A stretch of 64,000 bases of DNA from an uncultured bacterium (GTDB lineage Bacteria > Babelota > Babeliae > Babelales > Vermiphilaceae), in NCBI GenBank assembly GCA_963702025.1, contig OY969699.1:384001-448000 (forward strand), written 5' to 3'. The notes beneath the pieces were generated by a model. That model saw nothing but the letters and a program-made list of their open reading frames with translations, ran no database searches and had not been told where the DNA came from. The translations under genes and the position numbers were made by a program. This document shows positions 19,083-28,787 of this stretch, in pieces. The stretch's first letter is position 1. Each line of letters opens with the position of its first letter.

Positions 19083-19870
19083 TTATAATCGCAAGTCAGT
19101 GCTGCCGGGCAAAGAAGCGCCAATCTCTTTTTTGTTTGCATTGTTCAGTGGGTTGCTGCTTAAAGCAAGCAGTTCCAACTTTTTAAGCGGAGCAAATGTT
19201 CCGGGAGCGGTCTGGATTATTTTATTATTAGCCAGAATTAAGCGTTGCAGCCTGGTGAGGCGAGAAAAAGTTTGTTCAGGAACTTGAGTAATGCGATTCT
19301 GATCAAGACTAAGATATTTCAAATTGGTGTTCTTCTCTAATGTATCAGAAGGGATTTGGGTAATACGATTTTTGGAAAGAATGAGTTCTTTCAATTGATT
19401 TAATCCGGCTAAAGCTTCATGAGGAATTGCGCGTATTTTATTGTCATTGAGCCATAGTATTTCAAGATTTTTTAGCCCGTCGAAAGCTTTTTTAGAAATT
19501 TTCTTTATCTTATTTTTGCCTAAATAGAGTGTATGCAAAGTGAAAAGGGATTAAAAGCATGAGAACGTATACGTTTAATTTCGTTATTGTGAAGAGAGAG
19601 CTCTTTAATGCATACAAGCGTCAACGGAGTGAAGGCCTGGGCATCGTACAATGATGGAGTCTGCCAAAAAAGATGAGTAGGAACTTTCTTAAGGCTCATC
19701 GTGGTAAGCCGCAATGTGAGAGCAATCTCTTCCTTTTTTTTCTCTTCCGGTAAGCCTTTCAAGGTAAGAGTAGTAGTAATCTCTTCTCTTTCCCCTTGAG
19801 GTAAGCGTTCCATAGCAAGCGTAGTGGCGAAGGAAAATACTAAAAGTTTTGTTAGGTTATTTTTCAACAC
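19083..19870 (-). pseudogene. Secreted LRR protein split by a frameshift near 19540
   Basis: ORF 19520..19882 (SP + first LRR) continues in another frame as LHTLYLGKNKI... in ORF 19083..19538. Confidence 0.7.
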
Positions 19871-20272
19871 AATGTCTCCCAAAATGTATAAATTTTACCT
19901 GAATTATATCAGAACAGATGCGCAAGACAAGAAGCAAAAGAATATTCTATTTCGCGAAAAAAAATGTTTTTTCTTGCATTGCTCTCCCAGTGATAAATAA
20001 ATGAAGTTGCTGAGAGTAATGATGGTGAACAATGATTTCATCTTTTCCCTATTTCTAAAATTCTATATATGTTCCCGAATAGGTATTGCTCAGCTTCTTA
20101 GTTTCTTCATTAATTGGATTACTTTCAAGGAAAATTTCTTTTATACTGTTTCTATTTGAAACTTTGAAATAATTGTTTGTTTAATCTAGTGCAAATATAA
20201 AATTGACAAATAAGATAGTTGTGCTAAATTAGGGGTAAAGTATGTTATATTATCTCAAATTTGGAGGTTTTT

Positions 20273-21415
20273 ATGATTAAACAATATTTTCTCTATCTAC
20301 CCCTGCTTATGGGGGGCCTTTTAGGGTCAAATCTGGCCTATTCTGGGGCTGTTTTATGGGTTTTACACTTTAAAATACCCAATAAAAAGATACTTTTTTT
20401 TGCTGAGCAACATTACGGGGAACTCGATAATGGACAAAAAGCAGAAAGGATTGCCAATATACAAGCTATGCCACTTTTTAACCTTTTTGAGGATCTTGAG
20501 CGTAGCAACCAAAAATGCTCATTGTATCTGGAATGTCGTGAAGGGTTAAAGAGGAATCCTGCTTCATTCGATGGTCGAGCATGGTTTGATACATGCATGA
20601 TAAGTTATGCGCGTGGGGAAGGAATTCCATCATGGGCAACTTCGGTCCGTAATTTTGATCCGAGAACACAACGTGAAATGTTTCTATTAAAGGACATTTT
20701 TCGTTTTGACAAATGTATGCATGACTGGACAGAAGAAAATTATAGCCACCAAGCATATGAACGATTAATGAAAGGATTTGAACAAGGAGATGGATTTGAT
20801 GAAGATGAATCTGAAAATAGTGAGGAACTTACGGATGAAAGTGAATCAAAGGAAGGTTCTATGAAACTCGTTGATGATGATTATGATGAATTGCCCAAAG
20901 AAATATACCAAAAACTTGATTCCGCTATTACTGAATTAAAAAAGGTGATATCGCCCGTAGATACCGCTCTTTTTAATAAATGGACCGGAGAATGTATGAA
21001 GCATAAGCAAGCCTTGGTAAATTTATATGAAGAAAAGGCTAAAACAAATAAGAAAAAACTCTTTGGTTATTTATTCGCTATGGCTCGTCAGCATAAAGAA
21101 AAATTTTATGAAAAGCTTTCTGAGACACTTAAATGTGAAGAAAAATTAAAAAGCGTTTCCACTTTGTTTGGAGCAATTGAGCATCATACTGATTTTGTGC
21201 TGCTCCATAAAATTTTATCTGACACAAGTCCTTTCATTGTTGTTCATGGAGGAGCTGATCATCTCAAGAATGTTTACAACACTTACTTTTCTGAAAGCAA
21301 CATGCAAACAAGAGGCAAAAATCCGTTATCTTTGAATACTAAAACAATGATTAACGATCCTGATTATTGTTATCAGCAAATGAGAGATCTTGTTTTTAAA
21401 ATAGATAGAAAATAA
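20273..21415 (+). CDS. Secreted hypothetical protein, possible EreA/ChaN/TIKI-like fold (paralog 1)
   Basis: FFAEQH, LYLE and VVHGGADH motifs; acidic insert. Confidence 0.6.
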   Translation: MIKQYFLYLPLLMGGLLGSNLAYSGAVLWVLHFKIPNKKILFFAEQHYGELDNGQKAERIANIQAMPLFNLFEDLERSNQKCSLYLECREGLKRNPASFDGRAWFDTCMISYARGEGIPSWATSVRNFDPRTQREMFLLKDIFRFDKCMHDWTEENYSHQAYERLMKGFEQGDGFDEDESENSEELTDESESKEGSMKLVDDDYDELPKEIYQKLDSAITELKKVISPVDTALFNKWTGECMKHKQALVNLYEEKAKTNKKKLFGYLFAMARQHKEKFYEKLSETLKCEEKLKSVSTLFGAIEHHTDFVLLHKILSDTSPFIVVHGGADHLKNVYNTYFSESNMQTRGKNPLSLNTKTMINDPDYCYQQMRDLVFKIDRK

Positions 21416-21436
21416 TTCGAATTAGACGAGGTTATT

Positions 21437-22558
21437 ATGTATCAGAAGCTCTATTTTTATTCCCTGTTTTTTCTAGCGGGAGCACTATCGCCAAATCCGG
21501 CCCATCCTGGGGCTATTTTATGGATGACTCGCTTTGAGATCCCCGGCAAAAAGATACTCTTTTTTGCTGAGCGGCATGGCGGTAAGCTTGAAAATGGACA
21601 GGAAGTAGAAAAGATTGCCAACATACAAACTATGCCTTTGGTTAACCTTTTTGATGATCTTGAACGAAACAATCAAAAATGCTCATTGTATCTGGAATGT
21701 CGTGAGCACAATAAAAAATCTATCCTTGATGAAATCGCTCAGGGAAATCCTCTTCAGCTCAATAATCGGCCATATTTTGATCAATATTACGTAGATTATA
21801 TTTTAAATAATGCAATACCACCCTGGATACATTCAATAAAAAATTTTGATTCTCGATCAGAGAATGAAGAATCATTGTATATTAATGTTTGCCTCTTTGA
21901 TCGCTGTATTTCTCAATGGGCAAAAGAAAATTATAGTGAAGTGGCATTTGCCCGCTTAACCAAAAAGTTTGAAAATGGTGATGAAGAGACTGATGAAACG
22001 GATGAACCTATAGAAAATTCTTCTCAGAAAAATGATTCTAATCAAGTAGCCGATTTCGATGAATTGCCCGTTGAAGTATATGCTAAATTAGACTCAGCCG
22101 TTGCTGATGTAGAAAAATTAATTCCGGCAGTGGATACTGATCTTTTTAAAAAATGGGTTGCCAAATGCATGGAACATAAACTTGCATTAACAAAATTGTA
22201 TCAAGAAAAAGCAAAAACAAAACATAACCATCTTTTTAGCTATTTATTTAACATGGCTCACAAACATAAAGAAAAATTTTATGAAAAGCTTTCAGAAGTT
22301 CTTGGGTGCAAAGAACCATTGCACTCGGTTGCCAGCTTATTTGGAGCTATCAATTATCATGCTGATTTTAGACTGCTTCGGGCCATTCTTTCTGATAGCA
22401 ATCCCATAATCATTGTTCATGCAGGGGCTTTGCATCTTTCACATATACATGATTCTTATTTTTGTAGGACTAAAATGCCAATAAAGGGTAAAAATCCATT
22501 GAATTTGGCTATTAACGATATGATTAACCATCCTGATTATTGCTATCAGCAAATGTAG
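21437..22558 (+). CDS. Secreted hypothetical protein, tandem paralog 2 (last residues lost to a 1-nt insertion)
   Basis: FFAERH, LYLE and IVHAGALH. Colinear with 20273..21415. Confidence 0.6.
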   Translation: MYQKLYFYSLFFLAGALSPNPAHPGAILWMTRFEIPGKKILFFAERHGGKLENGQEVEKIANIQTMPLVNLFDDLERNNQKCSLYLECREHNKKSILDEIAQGNPLQLNNRPYFDQYYVDYILNNAIPPWIHSIKNFDSRSENEESLYINVCLFDRCISQWAKENYSEVAFARLTKKFENGDEETDETDEPIENSSQKNDSNQVADFDELPVEVYAKLDSAVADVEKLIPAVDTDLFKKWVAKCMEHKLALTKLYQEKAKTKHNHLFSYLFNMAHKHKEKFYEKLSEVLGCKEPLHSVASLFGAINYHADFRLLRAILSDSNPIIIVHAGALHLSHIHDSYFCRTKMPIKGKNPLNLAINDMINHPDYCYQQM

Positions 22559-22728
22559 AGATATCATTTTTCTCAACTAATTTCTCTTCTTTTTGTCCAG
22601 GTTAAAATTGATTATTAGAAATATAACATGAAGTAATAGTCTAAAATACTTGACAGTTCTTTTATTTAATATAATCTAGGGAGTAGAATGTAAGGTTATA
22701 ATTTAAATCTCTAAATGGAGGAAATCGC

Positions 22729-24351
22729 ATGAATATGCGTAAATCAATGAAGATCTTATCACTAGGTCTTTTACTATCTATCCCTTTTGCAACCCATCCT
22801 ATGGAATTACCGGACTTGTCTCAGGCAAAAAAACCTGTTGCTTCATGGTTTTGGAACAAATGGAATAACGTGCCAACCTGGAAAACAATAAAAGAGACTG
22901 TTTCAGCGACAACCAATGCTGTGGTAAATACCCCCCAAGCCATAAAAACAGTTGCTGCACATACTCCTTCGCTCGGGGACATGGCTCAAGCAACTAAAAG
23001 TTATGTTCAAAATTCACCCGTTATTCAAGAGCAGGCTCAAAATGCTGTTGTTGCACTGAGTAACGCAAGCAAAAATATGCCATCAAACCCTACCCTTAAA
23101 AAGGCTGGTGCCGTTGGTGCTTTGGCTGCAACTGGCTATTTAGCGCATAAAGCGTACCAATGGATTAATGCTGAAAATACTGCATTGCCAAGCTTTCAAA
23201 TATTTGAAGCAAATGGACGCGTGGAGCGTATAGGCCAAGCTGCTCAATTGAATGAGCAAGGTATGCCTGTTGAGCAATTGTCATTGCAGCAAGAAAATCA
23301 AACTGAGCCGATGATTAAAAAAGACATGGCTTTAGATATGTCTGAAGCCGAACAAGCAAATTCAAGTGCTCGATCGAATGTGGACCAAAATAGTAATAAT
23401 AATGACATTCGACAAGAAGAGCCGGCTAAGAAATCTGCTTCAATTCTTTCTCAATACGTTGACGTAAATGATAATAAAAAGAGACTTTCTTCCGAGGCGA
23501 ATAAAGACAAAGCATTCTTAGTATCGCAACAAAATAGACAGCTCACGGATAGCAAACTCGCTGTAGCGATGCTAAAATATGATGCTGCTCTTAAGGATTT
23601 TCAAGCCGGTCAAATCGATATGGATTCTGAGCCGATTGTTGTTGTGTTGCCAGAAGCGCTGGTGCAACCAAAAACTCAGAAAGTGGCAGTTAAATTAGAA
23701 CCAGAAACAAAACCCGCTCCTGCAAGGCCAAAGCAAAAACGGGTTGATGCTGATCAACCAATGCAATATGCATATGCACGCACTGAAGAGTTGCCAATGC
23801 AACAATATTTCCCTGTTGAACAATTGATCCTTAATACTTTTGCTCAATCAAGTGCCGCTCATTCGAATGCGAATAATGATGCAGTTGATGCAAAAATAGC
23901 TGAATCATTAGATCGCTTCACTCAAGAAAATAACAATGCACCTCAAAGAGAGCATAATAAACTCTTAGAAACGGTGTTGCCGGTATCAAGCAATACTCAG
24001 TTGAAGCTTGTTGAAGAGCCTGCGGTAGAAAAACCAGTGCATCAACTGGATCTTGTTAGAGAAGATGCGACTATAGAAAATACTCCTAAATCCAAAGATA
24101 AAACAGCGCAAGAGAAACTATTCGATGAATTATCGGTAGTTGATGCGGATGGTAATACTGCATTGCATCGAGCTGTAATTGATGGAAATGAACAAAAAGT
24201 ACGTGAAATACTGAATCCATTTATTAAAAGAATGGATCTTGCCGCACGCTTAATTCATGAAATTAAAAATAATGCCGGTCTTAGTGCTGCTGAATTAGCA
24301 AATCATATTGATAACTTTAATATTTTGCTTGTAATTATTGGTTACCTATAA
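22729..24351 (+). CDS. Secreted low-complexity protein with an internal TM and C-terminal ankyrin repeat
   Basis: SP|MEL, AGAVGALAATGYLA and DADGNTALHRAV. Confidence 0.7.
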   Translation: MNMRKSMKILSLGLLLSIPFATHPMELPDLSQAKKPVASWFWNKWNNVPTWKTIKETVSATTNAVVNTPQAIKTVAAHTPSLGDMAQATKSYVQNSPVIQEQAQNAVVALSNASKNMPSNPTLKKAGAVGALAATGYLAHKAYQWINAENTALPSFQIFEANGRVERIGQAAQLNEQGMPVEQLSLQQENQTEPMIKKDMALDMSEAEQANSSARSNVDQNSNNNDIRQEEPAKKSASILSQYVDVNDNKKRLSSEANKDKAFLVSQQNRQLTDSKLAVAMLKYDAALKDFQAGQIDMDSEPIVVVLPEALVQPKTQKVAVKLEPETKPAPARPKQKRVDADQPMQYAYARTEELPMQQYFPVEQLILNTFAQSSAAHSNANNDAVDAKIAESLDRFTQENNNAPQREHNKLLETVLPVSSNTQLKLVEEPAVEKPVHQLDLVREDATIENTPKSKDKTAQEKLFDELSVVDADGNTALHRAVIDGNEQKVREILNPFIKRMDLAARLIHEIKNNAGLSAAELANHIDNFNILLVIIGYL

Positions 24352-24408
24352 GTGACACAATGTTGCGCATTAAAAAAATAGATGTGTAGGTGGATATCCT
24401 GCACCTCA

Positions 24409-26019
24409 TTAAAATAATTCTTGTATATATTGTTCAATTTGCTGGGCACTCACCTGAGTGCCCATTGCTCTGTAAAATTCTTCATCATATTCCCGCGTTT
24501 GAATAACAATAGGCATGGTTAGTGCATGGCCCATAAGAAGCGCTTGTTTTTTGCTATCCAGCGATGCCAAAATAGACCGTAAATTCTGCGCGCCATTCAC
24601 CCCATTGAGTACTGCTTGAATATCTTTTTCATCGTTGAGTTGTGCCACAATCTTGGTGCCAATCTGAGAAATAATTTCTTGATCTATGCCCGAAGGCCGC
24701 TGATCAACCACGAGTAGTGAAACATAATATTTGCGCATTTCGCGGGCGATGATCCCAAAAATTGTTTGACGCGCCGCTTGCGGATTTAAAAATTTATGCG
24801 CTTCTTCAATGGTGATCATCAATTTTTTTGGTTCATCCTCTTTCTTTTGAGACCCTAAAAATTTTTCTGTTTTGGCAACATATTCATGGTGAATGCGGCG
24901 CGTGATAATATTGGCGATGAGCAGATAGCAAAAAGTCTGTGTGTAATTGCCAAATTCTACAATCACATTAATGCCACGGTCCAAATATTCCATCATCTGG
25001 TCAATTACGTTGCCCGCCTTATAGGCGCCCGATTTTGTAGAAACAAAAAAAGGCAACCGCTCAATGCGTTTTAATTTGCGATAGAGCGCGGCAATTGATT
25101 CCGGATGCCCGCCAAGCTCGGTTGCAAACTCTTTTAAGCTATCGCCCCGGGATAATAATACCGAGAGCCATTCATGTTTATATTTTGCGGCAATCAAATG
25201 GGCCGCTTCAAGTGCGGTAGAATGTAAATTAAGTTCATCTTGCAATGAAAGAATATCCTCAACGCTCACCGATTCTAAGGGAATGGTAATTTCAACATCC
25301 GGTGTGCCGCCACGGCGGCGCGTTGATGCCGGATCGAGTGAAAAAATCACTACTTTATCGCAAAAGAGAGTTTTTAACCCCTTTACAAATGATTGGCCCG
25401 CTCCTTCTTTGCGTGCTTGTAGGCCATATTCGCTATGCATATCAAAAATGAGGTTCACTGCCTTTTCTTGCTTGATGAGCCCGGCAAGCACCAAGCGTGT
25501 AATGAATGTTTTACCTGTTCCCGTTTTGCCAAAAATGCCGTTGCTACGCTCGGTCAAACGCTCAAGATCAAGGCAGACCGGGGTTGCCATGTCTAAGGGG
25601 CAGCCTATGTTAAAATAGCGCTTTTCAGGGTGATCCTCATTGCCAAATATGAGTGCAACATCCCTGTTATCTACTTCTAAAACGTTTGAAAAATGGGGGG
25701 GTATGGTTTTGACCGGCATTGGCCTGCCATCGGCCCCCAGCATAAGCATGGGCTTGAGGGTTGCGGTAGCATAAATATCTTTTTGCTTTAAGAATGAGAG
25801 CAGCAATTGTTCCGATTCATCTGGAGGAAAGAGAAGAATATCTGGATGGGAAATTGCCAGGCTTAAATCAGTAATAAGTGAAAAATATTTATGGTTTTTA
25901 CCTACAATGGAGACAAATTTACCTGTTTTGATCTCTTCGGGGTTGGCTTGCGCATCTATGCGCATCACCATCCCTTCGGCAAGGGACCCTGAAACAATAT
26001 GACCTATTTTTTTCTTCAT
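24409..26019 (-). CDS. HerA/FtsK-like ATPase (DUF87 type)
   Basis: N-terminal HAS-barrel-like region, GKTGTGKT, FDMHSEY, IEEAH, REMRKY and DQRP. Confidence 0.85.
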   Translation of the reverse strand: MKKKIGHIVSGSLAEGMVMRIDAQANPEEIKTGKFVSIVGKNHKYFSLITDLSLAISHPDILLFPPDESEQLLLSFLKQKDIYATATLKPMLMLGADGRPMPVKTIPPHFSNVLEVDNRDVALIFGNEDHPEKRYFNIGCPLDMATPVCLDLERLTERSNGIFGKTGTGKTFITRLVLAGLIKQEKAVNLIFDMHSEYGLQARKEGAGQSFVKGLKTLFCDKVVIFSLDPASTRRRGGTPDVEITIPLESVSVEDILSLQDELNLHSTALEAAHLIAAKYKHEWLSVLLSRGDSLKEFATELGGHPESIAALYRKLKRIERLPFFVSTKSGAYKAGNVIDQMMEYLDRGINVIVEFGNYTQTFCYLLIANIITRRIHHEYVAKTEKFLGSQKKEDEPKKLMITIEEAHKFLNPQAARQTIFGIIAREMRKYYVSLLVVDQRPSGIDQEIISQIGTKIVAQLNDEKDIQAVLNGVNGAQNLRSILASLDSKKQALLMGHALTMPIVIQTREYDEEFYRAMGTQVSAQQIEQYIQELF

Positions 26020-26189
26020 GGTTCTTTTGTTAGAATTTTTAAGCTGTGATAATTGTATCAGCAAAAAGCGTTTTGCGCATATCGCTACTTTTTGCTATAC
26101 TCGAAATCGTCGATTTGTTCTTATTGGCCTTCACATTCTATATAGTAATCTTTGATATCATGCCACTAAGATTTTTTTACTAAGGGAAA

Positions 26190-28742
26190 ATGCCGATGAT
26201 AGCACGTATTTTGGCCATAATTTTGGGGACGAATAATGCACGACAATTGCGAAAAATTCAACCTATTGTAGATAAAATTAATGGTTTTGAGCCGGCCATT
26301 AGTGCATTAAGTGATGAATCACTTGCTCAAAAAACCGTCGAGTTCAAAGAACGCTTAGCCAAAGGAGAAACGCTTGATGATATTCTCCCGGAAGCATTTG
26401 CGGTGGTGCGAGAAGCATCAAAACGCACCATTGGGCAGCGCCATTATGATGTGCAGCTCGTTGGAGGCGTTGTTTTGCATCAAGGAAAAATTTCTGAAAT
26501 GAAAACCGGAGAAGGTAAAACATTAACTGCTACCCTTCCGCTCTATCTCAATGCGCTGGCAGGTAAAGGGGCCACGCTTGTGACAGTGAATGATTATCTG
26601 GCTCGGCGTGACTCTGAATGGATGACCCCCATCTACTCTTTTCTTGGCCTAACGGTCGGTTGTTTGCAAAACACTATGCACGATCATGAGCGCAAAGAAC
26701 AATATGCCCGTGATGTTCTTTATGCCACGAATAATGAATTAGGATTCGATTATTTACGCGATAATATGAAATTCCGCTTGGAAGATTATGTGCAGCGCGA
26801 ATTATTTTATGCGATCGTTGATGAAGTTGACTCCATTTTGATCGACGAAGCACGAACACCGTTGATTATTTCCGGGTCTTCCGGTGAAAGTAGCCAGCTT
26901 TATCAAACAGCAGATAAAGTGGTTCGCCGGTTAGTAAAAGGAGAGGATTACGAGGTTGATGAAAAGCAGCGCAGTGTTCAATTAACCGAATTAGGTAATG
27001 ATAAAGTAGAAAAAGCGCTGGGCGTTCCCAATCTCTATGCGGTAGAAAGCTTAAATTTACTTCACCATATTAATCAAGCATTACGCGCGCACTCTTTGTT
27101 TAAACGCGACGTTGATTATGTGGTCAAAGATGGGGAAGTGCTGATCGTTGATGAATTTACCGGACGTATTTTGCCCGGTCGCCGTTATAGCGATGGTTTG
27201 CATCAAGCGCTAGAAGCTAAAGAAGGCGTTGAGATTGAAAAAGAAACACAAACATTGGCTGCCATCACCTTACAAAATTATTTTAGACTCTATAAAAAAC
27301 TGGGTGGCATGACCGGTACAGCAGCAACCGAAGCAGAAGAATTTTATCGCACCTATAACCTCGACGTTGTTTCTGTGCCAACTAATAAAAAGATGATCCG
27401 TGATGATAAACAGGATCTTATCTTTTTGACTAAAAATGCAAAATATAAATCAATTGTTGCCGATGTTAAAGAGCGCCATAAAAAAGGCCAGCCGGTTTTG
27501 ATTGGTACTATTGCCATCGAAACTTCTGAGCTGATTAGTGACGTGCTTACTGCCAACGGTGTGCCCCACGATGTGTTAAATGCAAAACATCATCAACGTG
27601 AGGCGGAAATTGTGGAATATGCGGGGCAAACAGGCAGAGTAACTATCGCAACCAACATGGCTGGACGTGGTACGGACATTAAGTTGAGTCCCGAATCGGT
27701 CACCGCGGGCGGGCTATATATTTTAGGCACCGAGCGGCATGAAAGTAGACGTATTGATAATCAGTTGCGCGGCCGTTCCGGGCGACAAGGTGATCCGGGC
27801 GAATCCCGTTTTTATATCTCTTTAGAAGACGATCTAATTCGTATTTACCAAGGCGAGCAGCTCAAGAAAAATATGGAACGTTTTGGCATGAAAGAAGATG
27901 AAATTATTGAATCTTCGATGGTGTCCAAGACTATTGAACGAGTGCAAGAGCGTGTTGAAAAACAAAATTTTGATATTCGTAAACATCTTCTTGAATATGA
28001 TGATGTGCTTAATCAGCAGCGTATTGTGGTCTATCGTATTCGCCGTGATGTGTTGGAAGGAAATGAAAACATCTATGAATTAGTGCGTGATATGGTCCTT
28101 AAAACTATTGAAGATACGGTTGCGCGCCATGTTCCTTCACGGGCAATTACCGCTGAACAAATACAAGCAATTATTCATGAATTGGCGGCAATAACCAGTA
28201 TAAAGCCGGCTGAATTTGAGGCTAAAAAATTTAATATAGCCAATCGAGAAACTTTTGAGCAAGATTTAAGCACCTTTATTCTTGAAAAATATGAGCATTA
28301 TCGCCAACGCCAAAATAAAGATATTATTCATAATGCGGAAAAATGGCTTATGCTAGAGACCATTGATCAGGCTTGGAAGCAGCATATGCTTAACCTTGAT
28401 CACTTAAAAGAAGGTATCAACCTTCGAAGCTACAGCCAAAAAAATCCACTCATTGAATATAAGCGCGAGGCTTTTGCAATGTTCCAAGAAGTAATGCAAG
28501 ATATTCAACGCATGACCGTGCATCATATTTTCCACTTAAATACCGAACGCTTTGATCAGAATGAACTTGAAAAGAAACGGGAACGTGAGCTTGATCAAAT
28601 TAATCTTCTTGCGGGTCATGGCAGTGTTGATGAGGCTGAAAAAGCTCAACCGCAAGCGCGTGCAGAGCATATTGGTCGCAATGATCCGTGTCCGTGTGGT
28701 TCAGGTAAAAAATATAAAAAGTGCCACGGCGAAGGCAAATAA
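26190..28742 (+). CDS. secA: Preprotein translocase subunit SecA
   Basis: MKTGEGKT, DEVDSILIDEARTPLIIS and C-terminal SEC-C motif GRNDPCPCGSGKKYKKCH. Confidence 0.98.
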   Translation: MPMIARILAIILGTNNARQLRKIQPIVDKINGFEPAISALSDESLAQKTVEFKERLAKGETLDDILPEAFAVVREASKRTIGQRHYDVQLVGGVVLHQGKISEMKTGEGKTLTATLPLYLNALAGKGATLVTVNDYLARRDSEWMTPIYSFLGLTVGCLQNTMHDHERKEQYARDVLYATNNELGFDYLRDNMKFRLEDYVQRELFYAIVDEVDSILIDEARTPLIISGSSGESSQLYQTADKVVRRLVKGEDYEVDEKQRSVQLTELGNDKVEKALGVPNLYAVESLNLLHHINQALRAHSLFKRDVDYVVKDGEVLIVDEFTGRILPGRRYSDGLHQALEAKEGVEIEKETQTLAAITLQNYFRLYKKLGGMTGTAATEAEEFYRTYNLDVVSVPTNKKMIRDDKQDLIFLTKNAKYKSIVADVKERHKKGQPVLIGTIAIETSELISDVLTANGVPHDVLNAKHHQREAEIVEYAGQTGRVTIATNMAGRGTDIKLSPESVTAGGLYILGTERHESRRIDNQLRGRSGRQGDPGESRFYISLEDDLIRIYQGEQLKKNMERFGMKEDEIIESSMVSKTIERVQERVEKQNFDIRKHLLEYDDVLNQQRIVVYRIRRDVLEGNENIYELVRDMVLKTIEDTVARHVPSRAITAEQIQAIIHELAAITSIKPAEFEAKKFNIANRETFEQDLSTFILEKYEHYRQRQNKDIIHNAEKWLMLETIDQAWKQHMLNLDHLKEGINLRSYSQKNPLIEYKREAFAMFQEVMQDIQRMTVHHIFHLNTERFDQNELEKKRERELDQINLLAGHGSVDEAEKAQPQARAEHIGRNDPCPCGSGKKYKKCHGEGK

Positions 28743-28767
28743 AAAAAGGCCGGGATTTCTCCCGGCC
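28741..28767 (-). terminator. Intrinsic terminator hairpin
   Basis: GGCCGGGA-tttc-TCCCGGCC preceded by A7 (U-tract on the minus strand). Confidence 0.7.
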
Positions 28768-28787
28768 ACAATTATTATGAGCTATTA

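Noticed and set aside
24409..26019. HerA-based anti-phage system
   Set aside because: No adjacent SIR2, nuclease or NurA partner. It sits divergent from secA like a housekeeping gene.
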